DNA of 63,766 nt, counting the filler, from Collodictyon triciliatum (taxonomy: Eukaryota): NCBI GenBank assembly GCA_043381765.1. It is 2 parts of 2 records of this genome, joined end to end, with 100 filler letters (N's around TTAATTAATTAA, not from the genome) between each part and the next. Parts side by side here need not be neighbours in the genome. Positions count along the whole stretch, not along the records: positions 1 to 31,850 come from JBHJMP010000925.1; positions 31,951 to 63,766 come from JBHJMP010000926.1. One strand, 5' to 3'. The stretch's first letter is position 1, and every line of letters starts with the position of its first letter. The notes below the pieces were generated by a model. It was given only the letters and a program-made list of their open reading frames with translations. It did not search any database and was not told where the DNA came from. The translations under genes were made by a program, and so were the position numbers. Below are positions 11,204-34,448 of the stretch, piece after piece.

Positions 11204-14200
11204 CCGTACTCTTGAATCGAATAAAGGAAAAATTATAATATAGTGATATTCATTAAAACCCACAACTGAATAGCAATATTCTATTTGATTATGTTACTGT
11301 TTCTTCATCTTCATAATTTCTTTTTTTGCATCTTGGTATTTCTAGATTTTCTCATTATGTCAAATATCTTGTAGTAATTGAATTGCTTATCATAGACTCG
11401 GTTGAATGAAAAATCGACCATGCTAAGGGAGTCACAAAGGGAAGATATATCTGGGTGTAACAAACTGATTGTCCAGCTGGAGGGTGCTTTTCAGAGGTTT
11501 GGTTGAAGACAGTGATATTGATGAAGATGATATTTCTATTTCTATTCCTATTCCTGTTCCTGTTCCTGTTCCTGTTCCTGTTCCTGTTCCTGTTCCTATT
11601 CCTATTCCTATTCCTATTCCTATTCCTATTCCTATTCCTATTCCTATTCCTATTCCTATTCCTATTCCTATTCCTATTCCTATTCTTATTCCTATTCTTA
11701 TTCCTATTCTTATTCCTATTCTTATTCCTATTCTTATTCCTATTCTTATTCCTATTCTTATTCCTATTCTTATTCCTATTCCTAACTCCTAACTCCTAAC
11801 TCCTAACTCCTAACTCCTAACTCCTAACTCCTAACTCCTAACTCCTAACTCCTAACTCCTAACTCATAATTCCTATTCCTATATGAGAAAAAGAAGGCTC
11901 ATAAAATAGATAATGAAACTATTCAATTTTGAATTAATGATAAAATCATGCTTCAACACAACTACGCCAAGGATGCAAATGGCTCACAGTGAAACCACTG
12001 GAAAATTGGATAAAGTATTTGCTCTTTTTTTTCTTCCAAAAAAAAAATATAAGTCAGGCCCCACTTTAATTTTTATCAGTTTCTCATACTATACTTAGAT
12101 ATGTTATCATTTCAATTTTTTCAAAACCTTCAAAAGGCTCTCTCTGATATCACGCGTATCGAAGCAGACACAAATGGGAATTTTCAAGCAGTCGAAAATG
12201 GGTAAATTTATGCTTCCATAAATTTACATTTTTACAATCAAAGTTTGTTTGCCTTTATATTGATAATGAGACAGTGCTTGCATCGTATAAATCTCGTTTT
12301 ACTATAGATTAGGAAATCGAATCGATGAGCTGCAGAGTATTCTTTCTACATTATCTGTGAACAGTGAGAAGGTTCCCCTCCCTCTCGATAAATGTGTTTC
12401 TTGTGGCTACTTTGGACCTCTTATACATATAAATCTCATGCCTTCATTCGTTTTAATATAGAATATTTCCAAGTTATGGGAAACATGTGAAGGAATTGAA
12501 ACACAGGTTATTTTTTTTAAAAATTATAATACATTTTTTATATTTTTTATATTTTTTATATTTTTACATTTTTATATTTTTATATTTTTATATTTTTATA
12601 TTTTTATATTTTTCTATATTTTCTATATTTTCTATTTTTCTATTTTTCTATTTTTCTATTTTTCTATTTTTCTATTTTTCTATTTTTCTATTTTTCTATT
12701 TTTCTGTTTTTCTATATTTTTCTTTTTGTCTTTTTGTCTTTTTGTCTTTTTGTCTTTTTGTCTTTTTGTCTTTTTGTCTTTTTGTCTTTTTGTCTTTTCG
12801 TCTTTTCGTCTTTTCGTCTTTTCGTCTTTTTTTCTGTTTTTCTATTTTTCTGTTTTTCTATTTTTCTGTTTTTCTATTTTTCTGTTTTTCTATTTTTCTG
12901 TTTTTCTGTTTTTCTATATTTTTCTTTTTGTCTTTTTGTCTTTTTGTCTTTTTGTCTTTTTGTCTTTTTGTCTTTTTGTCTTTTCGTCTTTTCGTCTTTT
13001 CGTCTTTTCGTCTTTTCGTCTTTTCGTCTTTTCGTCTTTTCGTCTTTTCGTCTTTTCGTCTTTTCGTCTTTTCGTCTTTATACATTCACGCATTCCTGTT
13101 TATTAAAATTATTTAATGATTCATTCACGGCACTGACTTTGCAAGTAACATTATTGGTATTCCATCAGCTTAACGGGCGTGTCGAGGAGACCACAGAAAT
13201 AATTGGAAAGAGGTTTGAAGAGCTCGAGGCTTTCATCACCGAAGAGTTTAGATCGGTCAAAGCTGAGCAGGAACAAACTGCTGAAGTTGACAAAGCAGCT
13301 CTTCAAAATCTTGACAAGCGGTATTTTGGACATATTCTCTCTAAATATTTCATTTTTTTGCCACAAAGAATGTACAAATATTACTCGTTCTATGTTCTAT
13401 CCTCTGACCCGTGTAAAATCTTAGTACCCATAAGCGCATCGATGAGATAGGTGAAAAGGTCGCTGAAATCGCCTTGGCTTCCGAGCATTTGCGTCTTGCA
13501 ATAGAAAGAGAAAGATCTGATAGAAATCAGGGCCTTGAAATTATAAAGTCAACTGCAAGCTCAAACGACAAGAAGTTTATTTTATTTATGTTTTATATTA
13601 TTTTCTGAAAAGACATAAATGTCTTATCATATATAATATACGGCACAGACTTCAATCAAGGTTGGAGGACTGCACATCCAAGTTGAACTCCCTCATAGTC
13701 GAGCACAATCATGTTAGGGAACTGTAAACCTTATGAAATTTCACCGTATCATTCCAGTTTGAACTGATTCTGAGGTATTGATCTCTTTTCCACTTGCTAT
13801 AAATCATGCAGTTGGTGGATACTGTCAAGGGAAACAAGAGAGAGCAGCTTCAATTGCAGGAGGAAGTCCAAAATGTAATTACTTACTATAGCCACTCTTA
13901 AATTTTCTATTCACATTTCTCTTGAATTGCACTGCTCGACCTTTGTTGTATTGACTTTTTAATTCGAAATGTCTAAAACATAGGTTACAAAGTCAGCTAT
14001 TCCTCTGCTGGAACGCAAGTTAGACGAATCAATCAGACTAGAGGTTTGTGTATCCTCATATTCCGAATTCAGAAAGGCTAACGTACTTCACTGCCTTAAT
14101 CCAACGGTAACTCCACAACAGAAAATCGAGCGTTCTCAGGGAGAAGAGATGATTCGTGGAATCATTTCTAACCAGGAAGCAAAGTACTGTGTGGTGATAA

Positions 14201-14327
14201 ATATAACATCAATAACCATTCTTTTTACCTTTTGATTATTTTCTTGTGGAATTAACAATCATCACTCTGGTGAAACAATTCACCAAGTAACTTTAACACA
14301 TCAGGTATTGTAAGAACTCTCATTTTC

Positions 14328-14407
<80 letters not shown>

Positions 14408-15918
14408 TTTTGTGTTACATTAATAGACAATCCGGACGCTTGGATGAGTTGCATGGAAACATGGTCCGTATGTCCCGAGATCAAGGTGCATTAGTGTCTG
14501 GGCTCAAAGAAACTAACGAAGTATGTGAAAATATGAGACTATTTATGATTTCTATATGTATTTACTATATGGTTCCATTCCTAGTTGTATCGGATTATGT
14601 CCACTAGTTCAAAGTCAGTCATTACTGAAATTTGTATTTTGTACATCCTTGCCATCAGACCTTCACTATTCAACTGAGAACAATCAGAGATGAAATGTCG
14701 AATAAAATCGATGATATCACAGCGTCAGTTACATTCTTGCATATGAATTATCATCTGACTATATCGAAAGGCAATATCTATTTATCTCCATTTCCATCCT
14801 CATTTATCGTGCATTTGAATTCATCATTAGAAGGCAAAATAGCAACCAGTCCATGAAATTCTCTGAAGTTGCTGAACAAGTATCTGGACTTGAAAATCGG
14901 TTTGATGAATCGCCCCGATTAAGATTTTGAAATGTGTAGTTGTCCAAACTATTTTTCTCACACTTTTGAATTATTTCATTTCCCATTTGCCAGGGTCGCC
15001 GCAAGATTGGAAGAAACGGCTAGGCATGTTGATGGTAACACGCAGCGCATCAGCCTGGTGAGTCTTTATGACGTTGATTATCACCAGTACCGCTCATTAT
15101 ATTCGCACAATGAACATATTTTCGGAATCACAAAGTTACATCTTTGGCAGCTACATGTATATTCAAACACATAAAAAAATGGAAGACTTCATTTAATAAT
15201 ATTCTGTACATCGCCCTAGCTTGCTGACAGAGTTCAAGAGTTTGAAAATATATCACGAAGGGAAAGAGATGAACGAGACAAAAATTGGATTGGAGAAAGA
15301 GAGCGCATTAGTCTCAATGAGAAAAGGTTTCACCTATGCAGGAACCATTCAAGAATTTTTTTATTTTTTCATTTATTATTACATCCCACCAAGTTTTAAG
15401 CCAAATCAAAATTTTGCAGATTGTGGCAAAGGGTAGACGAGTGTGTGGCCAAAGTCAATCTGCTTATTAGCGAATTTAACAAATCTCAGCTCGAGATACA
15501 GGATGCACAGTTAAAATCAAAGAGAATGGAAAAGATGCTCTCTGAGAGGTCAATGGAGGTCAAGACACTAACGTAAGTTGATGAGATGATAAAGGTCGCA
15601 CCTAATCTGTGTATTTTTTTTTATATTTATTCTTTTTCTAATTTTCGCTTTGAAGCCAAAAGAAAGTGAAACCAATTATCATGTAATTCATCAGAGCGCT
15701 GGTGGACAGCCAAATAGCCGCAGCTGGGATTGTTCCATCCGGGAGGCAAGGAGGTGTGTATAAAATCGTAGTCACAATCATCAAATTAAGGCTAGACTAG
15801 ATTCTAACACTTAAAACGAAATAAATGTTCAGGATTAAATCGAACTGGGACATATTCACCGACGAAACTCGCACCACCGAGGCTAAATTCGCAGTACGGA
15901 CAAGGCAGCGCAGATTGA
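8263..15918 (+). CDS. long coiled-coil protein, ~30 short exons
   Basis: MSNPSPYLADFARQRNSK|SPQPQHVLDRMRYMTDRDAYISYLEMQLERMA..., then a chain of E/K/L/Q/S-rich exons with phase-consistent GT-AG introns ending ...QYGQGSAD* (TGA 15916-15918). No catalytic motif. Confidence 0.8.
11129..11202. repeat. (AAT)n intronic microsatellite
   Basis: Directly visible. Confidence 0.95.
11535..11880. repeat. compound intronic array (CCTGTT)n>(CCTATT)n>(CTTATTCCTATT)n>(CCTAACT)n
   Basis: Directly visible, with the motif changing along the array. Confidence 0.95.
12534..13078. repeat. compound ~8-bp-period intronic array (TTTTTATA>TTTTTCTA>TTTTTGTC>TTTTCGTC)
   Basis: Directly visible. Confidence 0.95.
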
Positions 15919-16666
15919 AGTACCATCCGTGATCCTAACACCTGCAGCTGGCAAAAGAAAAAAAAGCAGAAACGGAAATGAACGGTGGATGGCCAGGATA
16001 TACTATTAAAGGGCGTTATTGGAACGAAAACGAGTTGAATTCGGCAGAGTAAACATTGCGCGTGGTGTTTGCAATTGTTTAGTGCTCCAGATAAGAGTTT
16101 TGCTTGATTATCGCACACAACTCCGAAGTTTATCTGCCCATCATCTTATGTTCAATTGTTTCATATGTTGATAACTTCTGTATTTGTCCACAAAAAGAAA
16201 AAAAATAAAGTTGTTAGCTGTGATTTGTTCCCCGAGTGTTTCAAAATGGGTGATACTCTCCGAGCCACTTCGTGAGTTCTCTGGGACAATTCGGTTGACA
16301 ATTCAATGTCACTGCGAACTTTCCACGATAGCACAGCACTAGCGCGAGGCATGTGCGAAGCGATTGCTTGCGAGATGGAATCCGATTCTTGCTTCAGGCT
16401 GGTGAACGAACGAACGTATCATCAGACTCTGGGCATCTGCCATCGCCCCGGTTGTGAGAGTCAAACAAAAGGGAAGGCCAGCTGAACCCCACTTCACCGA
16501 ATCTTACCCAGATAAAACTGTTCCCAACAGAGTCACCCTCCCCTAACTCGCCCAGGTCTCCTGAAACACGCAGGTGGGAATGATGGCCTGAACAGGCCGA
16601 ACACAGACAAAACCCACTGAAACTCTGACCGAACAGCCAGCACCCTCCGAGAAGCCGAGAGCCTGG

Positions 16667-17391
16667 ATGACTGACCACGCCACAGCACACGCCACCCTGC
16701 GCCAGCTACTGCAGGACTCTGCCTCCCAGAACTACATCGGCGAGCAGATCTCCCAGCTAGAACACGCACTCCAGTCCGGACACTTTGCCGCCCAGAAGAC
16801 CAGTGACCCTGAAGTGATTCTTGCTGCCCTCCTACACGACGTTGGTCACATTTGCCAGAAGAACGTGGAGATGATGGGTCAGCTCGGGGCAAAGCGCCAC
16901 GAATTCGTATGTCTCCTCGCCATTCTGCAGTTATTGTGTGACTTGCACATGTCCGTGTTCTTAGTGGGTACCTATCATTCAGCTTGGCAGTAAGTATCTC
17001 CACAGCCTTGGCTTCTCGGAAAGAGTCTGCACAATGGTAGAAGACCACGTTAATGCGAAACGCTATCTTACGTGGAAAGACAAAGAGTACTACAATCGCC
17101 TCTCAGAGGCCAGCAAGGGGACATTGCGCTACCAGGTTTGGTTTGTTCTGTCGCCATGTCTTCACTATCTTTTGTTTTCTTTTGTTTTTGCTTCTTGTTC
17201 AAGAATCTTTTTTTTTTTTACAGGGAGGGCCGATGGAAGATGAAGAAGCTCTTGCCTTTGAGAACAAGGACACGTTTTCTGATGCTCTTTTAGTCAGAAC
17301 ATGCGATGAGGAAGCTAAAGTTGTGGGTCTCGAGGTGCCAGGGTTGGATTTTTATGAGGGCATGATAATGGCACATCTTGGTCGTGCTTGA
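16667..17391 (+). CDS. HD-domain diiron oxygenase, PhnZ/TmpB family (3 exons)
   Basis: NYIGEQISQLEHALQ, ILAALLHDVGH, RHE, HVNAKRYL, LSEASKGTLRYQ|GGPM, RTCDEEAK. Introns 16907-16982 and ~17136-17223. Confidence 0.9.
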
Positions 17392-17440
17392 TATCTGCCC
17401 TCTGCCTTGGCATTCAATGGAGGGAATGCAATAAAAAAAA

Positions 17441-17620
17441 TCAACAAATATGTATCATGACTAGATTATTATGCATGTCTGCATCTACGCACCAGAACTG
17501 TATCTCTTGCGGTGTGTGGGCGTTAAAGTCCCCGAGCCCTTGCGTCCCTTGGTTTGGATGGGTTTGGAGAAGGTAAGTAATCATGCTAATTGTGGAAACT
17601 ACACTGCTCTTAAATTTTGC
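17441..17620 (-). mobile_element. possible relic of a non-LTR (LINE) APE-endonuclease domain
   Basis: Frame [39 protein letters not shown] contains the EEP/APE GDFNAH motif. The fragment is short and isolated. Confidence 0.4.
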
Positions 17621-17767
17621 GAAAACGCCAACAGTTGCACAAGACGCCACAGCCTGCTCTAGAGAAGAAGCGCAGCAGCTTGCGACCACCCGACACCACA
17701 TCACTTGCCAGCGTGCTTCTTATTGCCCATCTCAAAAAGTCGGCCGTACCCGCCTTTCTCAACCATA

Positions 17768-18089
17768 TTCCTTTCTTCCTTTCTTCCTTTCGTCCTTTCT
17801 TCCTTTCTTCCTTTCTTCCTTTCTTCCTTTCTTCCTTTCTTCCTTTCTTCCTTTCTTCCTTTCTTCCTTTCTTCCTTTCTTCCTTTCTTCCTTTCTTCCT
17901 TTCTTCCTTTCGTCCTTTCTTCCTTTCTTCCTTTCTTCCTTTCTTCCTTTCTTCCTTTCTTCCTTTCTTCCTTTCTTCCTTTCTTCCTTTCGTCCTTTCT
18001 TCCTTTCGTCCTTTCTTCCTTTCGTCCTTTCTTCCTTTCGTCCTTTCTTCCTTTCGTCCTTTCGTCCTTTCTTCCTTTCGTCCTTTCTT
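17768..18089. repeat. (TTCCTTTC)n/(TTCGTCCT)n array upstream of the RPC2 ATG
   Basis: Directly visible. It ends at a TTCAG acceptor (18092), so it probably lies in a 5' intron. Confidence 0.9.
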
Positions 18090-18131
18090 CAGGCGTTCGG
18101 GTGTCCCGGCTGTTCCGTGCACACCAGACCG

Positions 18132-25802
<7,671 letters not shown>

Positions 25803-25996
25803 ACCGCCCCGCCTCGCTTGTCGGATTCTTTGTTTGCTTTTCGTTGCTTGCAACAGGATGCACACAATTGAGGAATAAAACAACCGCGCCAAAGCACAAC
25901 AGAACCCTCGCAACCCGTCCTGTTTGCTGCACAGAAACCCCTCGGCTGCTTTCCTCTGTGCCTTTATAAACATGCAGTGGCCGTCCATTTGGAGCG

Positions 25997-28585
25997 CTAC
26001 ACGTCGTCGTATCCTTCGTCATACTCTTCGTCCTGTTCGTCGTACGCATCCCCTTCATCCTCGTCTTCGTCCTCTATAAAGTACTCGTCTTCGTCGTCCT
26101 CATCGTCTTCCCCGCCCAGCACAATCCCTTGACTTCCTTCTGCTGTCGCAGCTGTATCGATATATGTTGTTAAGGGGGGAAACGGCAATCATACGCACAA
26201 AGAGATTATTTGATGAGAATGCGCAACAGGTCGATACTGATTCCAAAAGGTAGCTGGAGCAGGTGTGGGTTTGTGAAGGAAGAAGAAAAAATGTGCTATT
26301 GAATTACATTTCGGTAAATCCTTCTCTAATTTTTGCATGTTTTCCTTTTCGGCTTTCTTCCTCTCCTTTTCGACTGCTTTTTTCTAAGAGGAATGAATTC
26401 GTAGAATTTGGTGTGATGAATATGAGCATCCGTCACAAAATTCCAACAAATAATCCTGTAATAATGGCTTGACAGTAAATTTCTGTATGAATTATCTAGT
26501 TGCTGCATACTCGTTTTTGAATATTTTTGCTCAGCTGTGGGACATAGACCCTAAAAGAAAAAAAAAGTGAAAATAAAGAACGTTGATGTTGATGTTGATG
26601 TATATCATCGTGCTAAAAAAAAAAAACAATCAATGCATATGTTCTCATGATGGTGGACATCAGAAGACTTCAGTTTGTTAACAGAATAAAGTCAAAGGCT
26701 ATCATTTTTAATTAAAATAATAAAGCAATAAATATGATAAAGGTGCACTTGAGGTATTCCTCTCGAGCCTGATCAAGAGCAGAAAACAACTCGTGGACCC
26801 CCTCACCACTAATGGCTGAGAATCCAACGGTCTAGATAAAGGTGATGCTTGAATTATGGTACATATGGATTGGACTGTACGTAATATTTACAACAAATTG
26901 GATCACAAAGATTATGTATCCATAGTATACAAAGTGTTCATCACCTTCAATGTGGAATAAAATTCATCGAGAACGAGACTCATCGAGTTGGACAGTGAGG
27001 CCATGTAATTCTCGTGAGTTTCAAGTGCTCTGCGGAATGCCTCTGAATCTCTCATCCACGTAATGGCAAAGTCGTGTGAAGTAATGTCAGTCTTGTTGAA
27101 TAAGACAATCATGGGCAGCTTCGCCTTGTATAAAACACTACGAGCGAATGACGAAACGTTATATTTCATTCAACTTCCACGCAGTAGATTATCATGCATA
27201 CCGTACGTAAATTTTCATAATGTTGCTAATGATTTTGGTACTTATTGAACTGATTCATCACTGAGAAATAATATTGAAAAGAATTATAGTATTCAACAGG
27301 GCTTTTTTTTCCCGGATGATCAATTTTATTTCTCGCTGAGTTACATGTACGATTAACTTCATTTGATATTAAATATACAAAAAAAATTGTATAATATAAT
27401 GAGTGAAGAGTTTCCCAAGGATGTTACCTGCATGCGTACAACATATTGGACATAAACGTATTAGGATTGGCGCAGCGAGGTGTGTCGATCACGTACAAAA
27501 GCACAGTAGGGAATGATGATGCAAGTGTGTCTGTGACGATTGTCCCACTGGCTGACCATGTAAACACCTCAATCTGACCAGGAGTATCAATCATCACGTA
27601 TCTTCACAATTATCATAGAAAAAAAAGGGAATAGTTATTTGATCGGGACCTATCAAGAAGGAACTATCGTATAAAGATGCTTAATTATGTTTAAAAATGC
27701 ATATAATTTGTTTATTTATCATTATAATCATTAGATGAACCATGTATTCAGGCATGGATATGCTTTCAATAATATATCATGTACTTGAGTTGGTCTTCTC
27801 TTTTTTCCACTAAATTCATGACTTGGTCAAATTTTGTGGAGAATATATTCAAAGAAGTCATGATAGCACCATTAGGGCCTAGCTTATATCTGCCACAACA
27901 ACGAAAGTTATACACCAATTTTGGCATGAAGTTAGCAGAAGCGTAGTCTGTGCATATTTTTAGAGGGAGAAAAAAAAAAGGAAAGGAAAGGAAAGGAATA
28001 TAAATAATACAAAGGCTTCATACGGATGATGGTGTGGTGATAAGGCAATAATACTAGGGCATATTGATTGGAAATGATGTAAAAATGTGATGAAATCATA
28101 TGTCGATGTATAGATTGAAAAGTGTGCGCACGTATATGTAAGCGGACTACGTACTGCTTCATCACTTCCTTATACTTTATTGTATCGCGAATGTCAATAT
28201 GTGGTGTGAATGGGAGTTTGCTAACCGCCGGATCGAGATTGATGACATAACCAGGAATCTTCTCCTCGTATATGTGAGAACATATTCGCTGGTGTATGTG
28301 GAGAATGTGTGAAAAGGAGCTGCCTAATTAATTTACAGTACGATGCTATCGAATAGCTCATGAACAAAAGAAAAGAAAAGAAGAAAACCTAGACGAGTGC
28401 TGTAATAAAGAAGTGATATAAATACGCGCCACAGCTATTACAACAGTCGATGTGACGAGTGCAGTAAGAAAATAAGGAGGTGTTGTGCAGCCATATGCAA
28501 ACCAAAGTGTTCAAACCTGCATAACCGTGGTTTTCCCGCTACCAGCCATGCCCACAACGATGCACACGATCGGCTTCTTGGACAT
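25997..28585 (-). CDS. GPN1: GPN-loop GTPase 1 (XAB1/Npa3), multi-exon
   Basis: [62 protein letters not shown] and an acidic C-terminal tail. Confidence 0.96.
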
Positions 28586-29427
28586 ATCCCTATGTGTCAG
28601 CGCATCAGAAAAGAGACGCTTTTGTAAGGCGATCGGATAGAGCAAACCCCGTTGGCGCTTCTGCTTTCGCGGTCGAGCTTTCTCCCTCCATTCCTGCTGG
28701 TGTACCTGGGGTGGGTTTTGTCTGAATGGCTGCTGGCCAACGCTGCTTTTCAAGCCCATCAATGCAAGCTCCGAAGCGCCCAGTTAACGCACAAGAACGA
28801 GAGGCGAGCGGGTGAATAGAGTGAGGAAAGTGGCAGACGATTGGGAAACTAACGTGTGCCCACGAAACATGACTCGTTGTTTGTGTGGTCTTTAAAAATC
28901 ATCCAGGGAAGTGAGCTGGACATTTCATAAGATGATATCTATATAATATTTTATGTGTTTAAATTCGAAATCAATTAATGTGGTGAAATAGTCATATTTT
29001 CATGCCTGAAAATGAAAATATAATTATTTTCCATATATGAGCGGATGCTTTCAAGGGAATCTTTCGCCAAAATTGGAAATAATGGATCCGAAATTTTCCT
29101 CTGCTGTTTTTTTGAGCCGGTGAACTGGAGTGTCGATACCACGTAATCTCTTTCGTTTGTAAAAAACCACGGATTCTGCGACGCCGCCGACTCTGCCACA
29201 CGTAAGAATCCATAAACCGCAAAGCTCAGACCCTACACACCTCCCAAAAAATTCATCCTGCCCCACCAACAAGCAAAACACGCTCGCTGCCATTCAGGCA
29301 CTTGGGTGTCTTAGGCCAACCCCCGATCCTTCCCATAGCTAGTAGCCCCCGCCGTACACAAATCTGACCCCTGGCTAACCCAAACTTACCGTGCAGGTCC
29401 CTCTCCAACCTTGTGACATAGTTTAGA

Positions 29428-30661
29428 ATGGTAAGTCTGCATACAACCCCCCCCCCATATGAAACTCTCATTTCCCTTCGCAGTTGAAGAATCAGAGAGG
29501 CATATCAGAAGAACCCTCAGTGTAACATAGAATGGGCTCAGTAATTTGGCAAACAATTTGGAATCCAGAAAAATGCCATATATAATTTTGGTAAGCAGGG
29601 AAAGATCCAAAGCCAGCAGGCTCAATAACATGGTTCTGTGAGAGAGTACTAGATCGAAGATTGACAACCAGGAGTATCGCGCCTATCGTGTTCAGAAATT
29701 GGCCACCAGATTAAATTTTCTCTCATGCTGCGATCAGCACCGGATCGTGTAGTGGAATTTGTGATCGCCGTCTACTTCTGTCTGTCTCCTCTGATCGGTT
29801 CCAGTCAGCCACTAAACAGCACTCTAGACCTATTTCTGTGAAATCATCTTTACGCATCACATCGTGTACGTTCGCTATTTTGTGGTCTCTTAACTGGGAG
29901 GGAACTCTTGCGCACGATCCGTTGAATACTCTAGCCGTGGAAACACTTGCCTTGACCTTTTTTTTCTGTCCTGAGAGCACCTCGGGGGGTGCAACCCTCT
30001 AGTGTACGAACTTGCCCCAGCCAAGCGCAAAGGTGCAACCCAGCTGGTTCTGAGCCCCACTCACACACGCCCTCTGCTCTCCCCCTGTGCAGGTCAACAA
30101 CCGCTACGTTGAAATTGGTCGCGTTGCCCTCATCAACTACGGGCCAGATGCTGGAAAGCTCTGCGTCATCGTCGACGTTCTTAACCAGACCTCCGTAAGC
30201 ACATCAGTCACTGTTCTCTCCCGAATTAGCCACTCCACCTCTGTGTTTGCCACAACAGCGTTGCCTGCAGTCTCCCATTTTCGATTTGCCTCTGAACCTT
30301 TATCCCGTCGCCCTTTCGCTTCCGTCGTGGCCACTTTTTGCTCTTCCTTATTTTTTGTCCACTCCAGGCCCTTGTCGACGGCCCCTTCCCCGTCACAGGT
30401 GTGAAGCGCCAGCTGTACAACTTCAAGCGCCTCACCCTGACCCCCATCGTGATCCCCATCCAACGTGGGCAGCGCCAGTCGCTGCTCGTCAAGGCCTTCA
30501 CCGAAGCCGACGTGCTCAACAAGTTCAACAGCAGCCGCTGGGGTCTCGCCCTGGAGGCCCGCAAGAAGCGCGCAGCGGCCAGCGACTTTGACCGCTTCAA
30601 GTCCTTTGTTGCCCGCCGCCGCATTGCGCACGTCATCCGCCATGTCAGCAAGGCCGAATAA
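29428..30661 (+). CDS. RPL14: 60S ribosomal protein eL14
   Basis: [40 protein letters not shown]...SDFDRFK. Exons 30093-30194 and 30368-30661. Initiator inferred at ATG|GTAAGT 29428-29430; an alternative in-frame ATG lies at ~29573. Confidence 0.93.
29721..29950 (+). ncRNA. candidate structured intronic RNA (snoRNA-like) in an RPL14 intron
   Basis: Complementary segments 29741-29750/29912-29921, 29750-29755/29809-29814 and 29825-29829/29884-29888. H-box-like ACAGCA at ~29816 and ACA at ~29943. No family recognised. Confidence 0.3.
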
Positions 30662-30847
30662 ATATGCCCGCCGTGTGAGTCTATCCGTATCCGAATAGAA
30701 TCAGGGCGGTGTGTGTGTGTGCGTGAATGAACAGAATGCCGCTTGGCGCAGACATGTTGTGGAGAGAGAGAGAGGGGAGAAGGGAAACGCTGACGCCCAG
30801 CAACCCGCGCACAGACGCAGACGAAGCCGAAGCCGAAGCCGAAGCCG

Positions 30848-33969
<3,122 letters not shown>

Positions 33970-34448
33970 CTGGCGCTCGCAATTCCTAATTCTTCTGGCG
34001 GGCGGGTTGTCTTTCCAGCTCCACCTCACCTCTTCATTCTATCCCGCCGAATTAAAATTCATATCATATCATCCTTTTTTTTTTTATTCCCTTTCTCTCT
34101 GCCTCAATCTCTTTCTCTTTTGATTTGCAGCGTCTTTGTGAGTCTCATCCCATTATGAGGAGACCTACTGACCGATAAAGTCACGGCCACAACTCTCGGC
34201 CCTGCGATTGCATTTTTCGAAAATCATCGAACCACAATGCATGACAATATTTTTTTAATGCAAAATTATTCTGTTCCACTCCTTTTTTCTTCTGAAGTCG
34301 GCGCGACAGCCTCCAAAAAGTGGTAGTGATGCAAAAATGTGGCGTTTGGTGGGTTTGTGTGTATTGGGTCAATCAAATATATGATGCCACCACATTGCTT
34401 TTTTTTTTCTTTATTATGTGTCAATAAGAAATGTGCATCAACAATCCA

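Noticed and set aside
11781-11865. (CCTAACT)n resembling an interstitial telomere (TTAGGAG)
   Set aside because: It grades directly from the adjacent (CCTATT)n array, so it is better explained by microsatellite drift.
17520-17580. AAAGTCCCC resembling RNase MRP CR-I
   Set aside because: There is no GARAR hairpin and no downstream GGGGCTNA partner. It is the antisense of the GDFNA codons.
29371-29390. CTAACCCAAAC resembling a telomerase template
   Set aside because: The match is imperfect and sits where an intron branch point is expected.
29920-29950. ATACTCTA...AAACAC resembling U17/snR30 m1/m2 motifs
   Set aside because: The motifs are mismatched, there is no room for the intervening stem, and the spacing to ACA is wrong.
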